Source of the DNA: Alphaproteobacteria bacterium
GTDB taxonomy: Bacteria; Pseudomonadota; Alphaproteobacteria; UBA828
Assembly (NCBI GenBank): GCA_963422645.2
Contig: CAXXVO010000014.1
Span: forward strand, 96,001 to 160,000
DNA length: 64,000 bases
Direction: 5' to 3'
Both the position numbers and the translations under genes were made by a program. Positions 60,129 to 64,000 of this stretch are shown here, in pieces. Each line of letters begins with the position of its first letter. Position 1 is the first letter of the stretch. A model generated the notes under the pieces. That model ran no database searches. It was given only the letters and a program-made list of their open reading frames with translations, and was not told where the DNA came from.

Positions 60129-61526
60129 ATGTCGCTCGATCAGGCCCAGAACATCTCGCTGGAGGAGCTCGACAAGCAGGTCATGCTCCACCCGGTCACC
60201 TCGATCGCCGAGCATCAGGACGCTGGTCCGGTCATCTACGGCAAGAGCGGCGGGGTGAAGGTCTACGACCGCCAGGGCAAGGGCTACATCGACGCGGCGG
60301 CGGCGCTCTGGTGCGTCAATATCGGCTACGGGCGGACCAGGCTCGCCGAGGTCGCGGCCGAGGAGATGACGCGCATCGGCTTCTTCCACACCTTCGGCGG
60401 CGCCTCCAACGAGCCGCAGATCAGGCTCGCCGAGAAGCTGCTCTCGCTGCTCCACGAGCACGCCGATTGCCACCACATCGGCAAGGTGTTCTTCGGCCTC
60501 TCGGGCTCGGACGGCAACGACACCCAGTTCAAGCTGGTCCGCTACTACAACAACCTGCGCGGCCGGCCGGAGAAGAAGAAGATCATCTCGCGCCTCGGCG
60601 CCTATCACGGCGTCACCGCGGCGGCCGGAAGCCTCACCGGTATTCCGCTCTACCACAAGGCCTTCGACCTGCCCTTCGAGGGAGTGCTGCACACCGATTG
60701 CCCGCACTACTGGCGGGAGGGCCTGGAAGGCGAGAGCGAGGAGGAGTTCGCCGATCGCATGGCCGCATCGCTGGAAGCCATGATCGAGCGGGAAGGGCCG
60801 GAGACCATCGCGGCCTTCATCGCGGAGCCGGTGATGGGCACCGGCGGCGTGATCATCCCGGGCGGCGGTTACTACGACAAGGTGCAGGCGATCCTCAAGA
60901 AGCACGACATCCTCTTCATCGCCGACGAGGTGATCTGTGGCTTCGGGCGCCTCGGCACCTGGTTCGGCGCGAGCTACTTCGGGCTCAAGCCCGATTTGAT
61001 GACCTTCGCCAAGGGGCTCACCAGCGCCTACTTCCCGATGTCGGCGGTGGCGATCTCGGACGAGGTCTGGCAGGTGCTGGCGGACGGCACGCCCGAGGTC
61101 GGCATGTTCGCCCACGGCTTCACCTATTCGGGCCACCCGGTTGGCGGCGCCGTCGGCCTCGCGAACCTTGAAATCATGGAGAGCGAGAACCTGGTCGCCA
61201 ACTCGGCCGAGGTCGGCGCCTACTTCAAGCAGTGCCTGATCGAGCGGGTGGGCGATCACCCCAATGTCGGCGATATCCGCGGCGCGGGCCTGATGCTCGG
61301 CGTCGAGTACGTCGCCGAGCCCGGGAGCAAGGCCGCGCCGGACATGACCCCGCCGGCGCATCGGCGCGTCTCGGCCGCGGCGCAGGAGCGTGGTCTGCTC
61401 ACCCGAGGGCTGCCCTTCCTGCCGGTCAACGCCTTCTCGCCGCCGCTCACGTTTACGCGGGCGGATGTCGACGAGACCGTCGGCATCTTCGGCGAGGCCG
61501 TGGAGAGCGTCTTCGGCAAAGGCTGA
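60129..61526 (+). CDS. Class III (omega) aminotransferase
   Basis: [48 protein letters not shown]. Confidence 0.95.
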   Translation: MSLDQAQNISLEELDKQVMLHPVTSIAEHQDAGPVIYGKSGGVKVYDRQGKGYIDAAAALWCVNIGYGRTRLAEVAAEEMTRIGFFHTFGGASNEPQIRLAEKLLSLLHEHADCHHIGKVFFGLSGSDGNDTQFKLVRYYNNLRGRPEKKKIISRLGAYHGVTAAAGSLTGIPLYHKAFDLPFEGVLHTDCPHYWREGLEGESEEEFADRMAASLEAMIEREGPETIAAFIAEPVMGTGGVIIPGGGYYDKVQAILKKHDILFIADEVICGFGRLGTWFGASYFGLKPDLMTFAKGLTSAYFPMSAVAISDEVWQVLADGTPEVGMFAHGFTYSGHPVGGAVGLANLEIMESENLVANSAEVGAYFKQCLIERVGDHPNVGDIRGAGLMLGVEYVAEPGSKAAPDMTPPAHRRVSAAAQERGLLTRGLPFLPVNAFSPPLTFTRADVDETVGIFGEAVESVFGKG

Positions 61527-61550
61527 GCCCTCGCCTACAGGGGCTCCGCC

Positions 61551-63623
61551 ATGGGGCTCCGCATCTCCGTCGATACCGGCGGCACCTTTACCGATGTCGT
61601 AGCCGGGGGCGACGGGCGGGAGGTGGTCGGCAAGGCGCCGACCACGCCCGACCGCATCTTCGTCGGCATGCGCGGCGCTCTGGAGAACGCAGCCGAGCAG
61701 CTGGGGCTGAGCCTGCCCGCGCTGCTGGGTGAGACCGACCTCATGATCTACGGCACGACGCGGGCCACCAACGCGATCGTGCAGGGCGCGGTGGCCAAGA
61801 CCGCGTTCCTGGTCACCGCCGGCTTCCCCGACATTCTGGTGCTGAAGGAGGGCGGCAAGCACGGGGTCCACGACTTCGAGACCGACTATCCGGACCCCTA
61901 CATCCCGCAGGCCCACACCTTCGAGATCGACGAGCGGATCGACGCCGAAGGCGGCGTGGTGACCCCGATCGATCGCGCGCAGGCGCGTGCGGCGCTGGGG
62001 CTGGTCAAGGAGCGCGGCTTCGAGGCGGTCGCCGTCTGCCTGTTGTGGGCAGTTGCGAACCCGGCGCACGAGCAGGCGCTGGCCGCGCTAATCGAGGAGG
62101 TTCTCCCCGGCCTTCCCTACACGCTCTCGCACCGGCTTATCCCCATCGTGCGCGAATACCGGCGCGCGTCCGCCACCGCCATCGACGCCTCGCTCAAGCC
62201 GCTGATGCAGGCGCACCTCCAGGGTATGGAGGACGATCTGCGCGACGCCGGCTGCAAGGGCGAGATCCTGGTAAGCACCTCCGTCGGCGGTTGCATGCAT
62301 GTGGACGAGCTGGTCGAGCGCCCCATCCACACGGTCAAGTCCGGCCCCGCGATGGCGCCAGTGGCGGCATTGGCCTATTCGCAGATAGAGGGCTTCGGCG
62401 ACGATGTGATCGTCTGCGACACCGGCGGCACCACCTTCGATGTCGGCCTGGTTCGCGATGGCGCAGTCAAGCAGACCCGCGAGACCTGGATCGGCGGGCA
62501 GTGGGTTGGCCATATTCTCGCGATCTCGTCGGTCGACGTGCGCAGCATCGGCGCCGGAGGCGGCTCGATTGCCTGGATCGATCCGGGCGGCCTGCTGCGG
62601 GTGGGCCCGCGCAGCGCAGGCGCGGTGCCCGGCCCGGCCTGCTACGGCACCGGCGGCGCCGAGCCCACGGTGACCGATGCGGCCCTGCTCCTGGGCTATC
62701 TCGACCCCGACTATTTTCTCGGTGGGCGCCTTACCCTCGACATCGACGCGGCGCGGCGTGCTGTGGGCACGCTCGCCGATCAGCTCGGCAAGTCCCTGGA
62801 CGACGGCGCGCATGCCGTCATGAGCCTCGCCAACGAGCTGATGATCAAGGCGATTCAGGACATCACCGTGACCGAAGGCTTCAATCCCCGCGAGTGCACG
62901 CTGGTCGCGGGTGGCGGCGCGGCCGGCCTCGGCGTCATGGCCATCGCGGGTGAGCTCGGCTGTGAGCGGGTAGTCCTGCCGCGCACGGCCGCGGTGCTCA
63001 GCGCCTGCGGAATGCAGGTTTCGGACGTGATTCACGAGCACTCAGCGAGCATGGTCACACGCTCCGCCGGCTTCGACTTCGAAGGGGTGAACGCCGTGCT
63101 CGATTCGATCGACGCTGAGCTCGAGCGCTTCGCTGCAACGCTCGGCGATCGCGGGCTCGAGACCATGCGGATCGAACGCTTCGTCGAGGCCCGCTACCTG
63201 TTTCAAGTGTGGGAGCTCGACGTGGCGCTGCCGATCGAGCGCTTCGAGAACGAGCGCGACGTCGCCGCCCTGGTCGAGCGCTTCCACGCCACCCACGAGC
63301 AGGTCTTCGCCGTGCGCGATCCCGACAGCATCCTCGAATGCCTCAATTGGAAGGGGCGGGTTTCGGTCGGCCTCGACGCGGCGGCCCGCCCGCCGTCGAT
63401 GGCCGGCGCCGGCGGGCCGCCAGTGGCTGACAGCCGCCGGCCCGCCTATTTCGGCGGCGGCGCGCGCGTGGACACGCCGATCTATCTCGGCCGCAACCTG
63501 AGCACCGGCGCCGCGATCCAAGGGCCCGCGATCATCGAGGAGCCGACCACCACCATCGTGGTCGATCCCGGCACGCGGACCCGCTTGAGCGAGGCCGGCA
63601 ACTTCATCCTGGAGGCCTGCTGA
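61551..63623 (+). CDS. Hydantoinase/oxoprolinase A subunit
   Basis: DTGGTFTD, GTTRATNA, SGPA, DTGGTTFD, GAGGGS, SAGAVPGPACY. Confidence 0.94.
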   Translation: MGLRISVDTGGTFTDVVAGGDGREVVGKAPTTPDRIFVGMRGALENAAEQLGLSLPALLGETDLMIYGTTRATNAIVQGAVAKTAFLVTAGFPDILVLKEGGKHGVHDFETDYPDPYIPQAHTFEIDERIDAEGGVVTPIDRAQARAALGLVKERGFEAVAVCLLWAVANPAHEQALAALIEEVLPGLPYTLSHRLIPIVREYRRASATAIDASLKPLMQAHLQGMEDDLRDAGCKGEILVSTSVGGCMHVDELVERPIHTVKSGPAMAPVAALAYSQIEGFGDDVIVCDTGGTTFDVGLVRDGAVKQTRETWIGGQWVGHILAISSVDVRSIGAGGGSIAWIDPGGLLRVGPRSAGAVPGPACYGTGGAEPTVTDAALLLGYLDPDYFLGGRLTLDIDAARRAVGTLADQLGKSLDDGAHAVMSLANELMIKAIQDITVTEGFNPRECTLVAGGGAAGLGVMAIAGELGCERVVLPRTAAVLSACGMQVSDVIHEHSASMVTRSAGFDFEGVNAVLDSIDAELERFAATLGDRGLETMRIERFVEARYLFQVWELDVALPIERFENERDVAALVERFHATHEQVFAVRDPDSILECLNWKGRVSVGLDAAARPPSMAGAGGPPVADSRRPAYFGGGARVDTPIYLGRNLSTGAAIQGPAIIEEPTTTIVVDPGTRTRLSEAGNFILEAC

Positions 63624-63624
63624 G

Positions 63625-64000
63625 ATGACGCAGCCCGCGCAACCGACCGAGGCGTTGGACCCGGTCCTTCTCTCGGTGCTCTCCAACCGGCTCGACGGCA
63701 TCGTGCGCGAAATGTCGAACACGCTGCTGAAGGCCGCGCGCTCGGCGGTGATCGCCGTGGCACGGGATTTCTCCTGCGCGATCTGCACCGCCGACAACCA
63801 GCTTCTTGCGACGGCGGAGGGCCTGCCGGTCCATATCTTCGGCTCGCACCTGCAGACAAAGGCCATGACCGAGCTGCACGACGATCTCGCCGAGGGAGAC
63901 GCCTTCCTCCACAACGACCCCTACCTCGGCAACACGCACCCGGCCGATCATGCGGTGATCGTGCCGGTCTTCATCGACGGCGAGCATATGTTCTCCGCCT
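63625..64000 (+). CDS. Hydantoinase/oxoprolinase B subunit (runs off the window)
   Basis: Read directly from sequence: LDPVLLSVLSNRL...EMSNTL...RDFSCAI...NDPYLGNTHPAD. Confidence 0.9.
   Translation, partial: MTQPAQPTEALDPVLLSVLSNRLDGIVREMSNTLLKAARSAVIAVARDFSCAICTADNQLLATAEGLPVHIFGSHLQTKAMTELHDDLAEGDAFLHNDPYLGNTHPADHAVIVPVFIDGEHMFSA

Overview
High-GC alphaproteobacterial chromosome segment. The order lipA-ratA, recJ-glpX-hom, phaC, argC-rpsI-rplM suggests a Rhodospirillales-like host (inference). 1-19.6 kb is mostly housekeeping genes plus an intact single-ORF IS66-family element, a decayed mazEF relic, tRNA-Glu(TTC), and a 285-bp direct repeat enclosing an ornithine-cyclodeaminase-family gene. 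19.9-48.9 kb is a catabolic region. Its core is a tightly coupled minus-strand operon: stand-alone phospho-His-domain protein, 517-aa unknown protein, acyl-CoA ligase, HTH protein, truncated PPDK-like dikinase, three-subunit biotin carboxylase with an altered carboxyltransferase site, and thiolase. It faces a divergent surE, a Liv-type ABC transporter and two acetoacetate-decarboxylase-family genes. This is the best candidate for an undescribed system: a phosphorylation/carboxylation pathway with a split dikinase. 49-60 kb is an IS pile-up: two more IS66 copies, an unclassified DDE element inside one, a methyltransferase-carrying IS66 relative inside the other, and an IS3 (IS51 group) element splitting an AT-rich secreted-protein gene. 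The window ends in a class III aminotransferase and hydantoinase/oxoprolinase A and B genes. All calls come from reading motifs by eye; no database searches were run.
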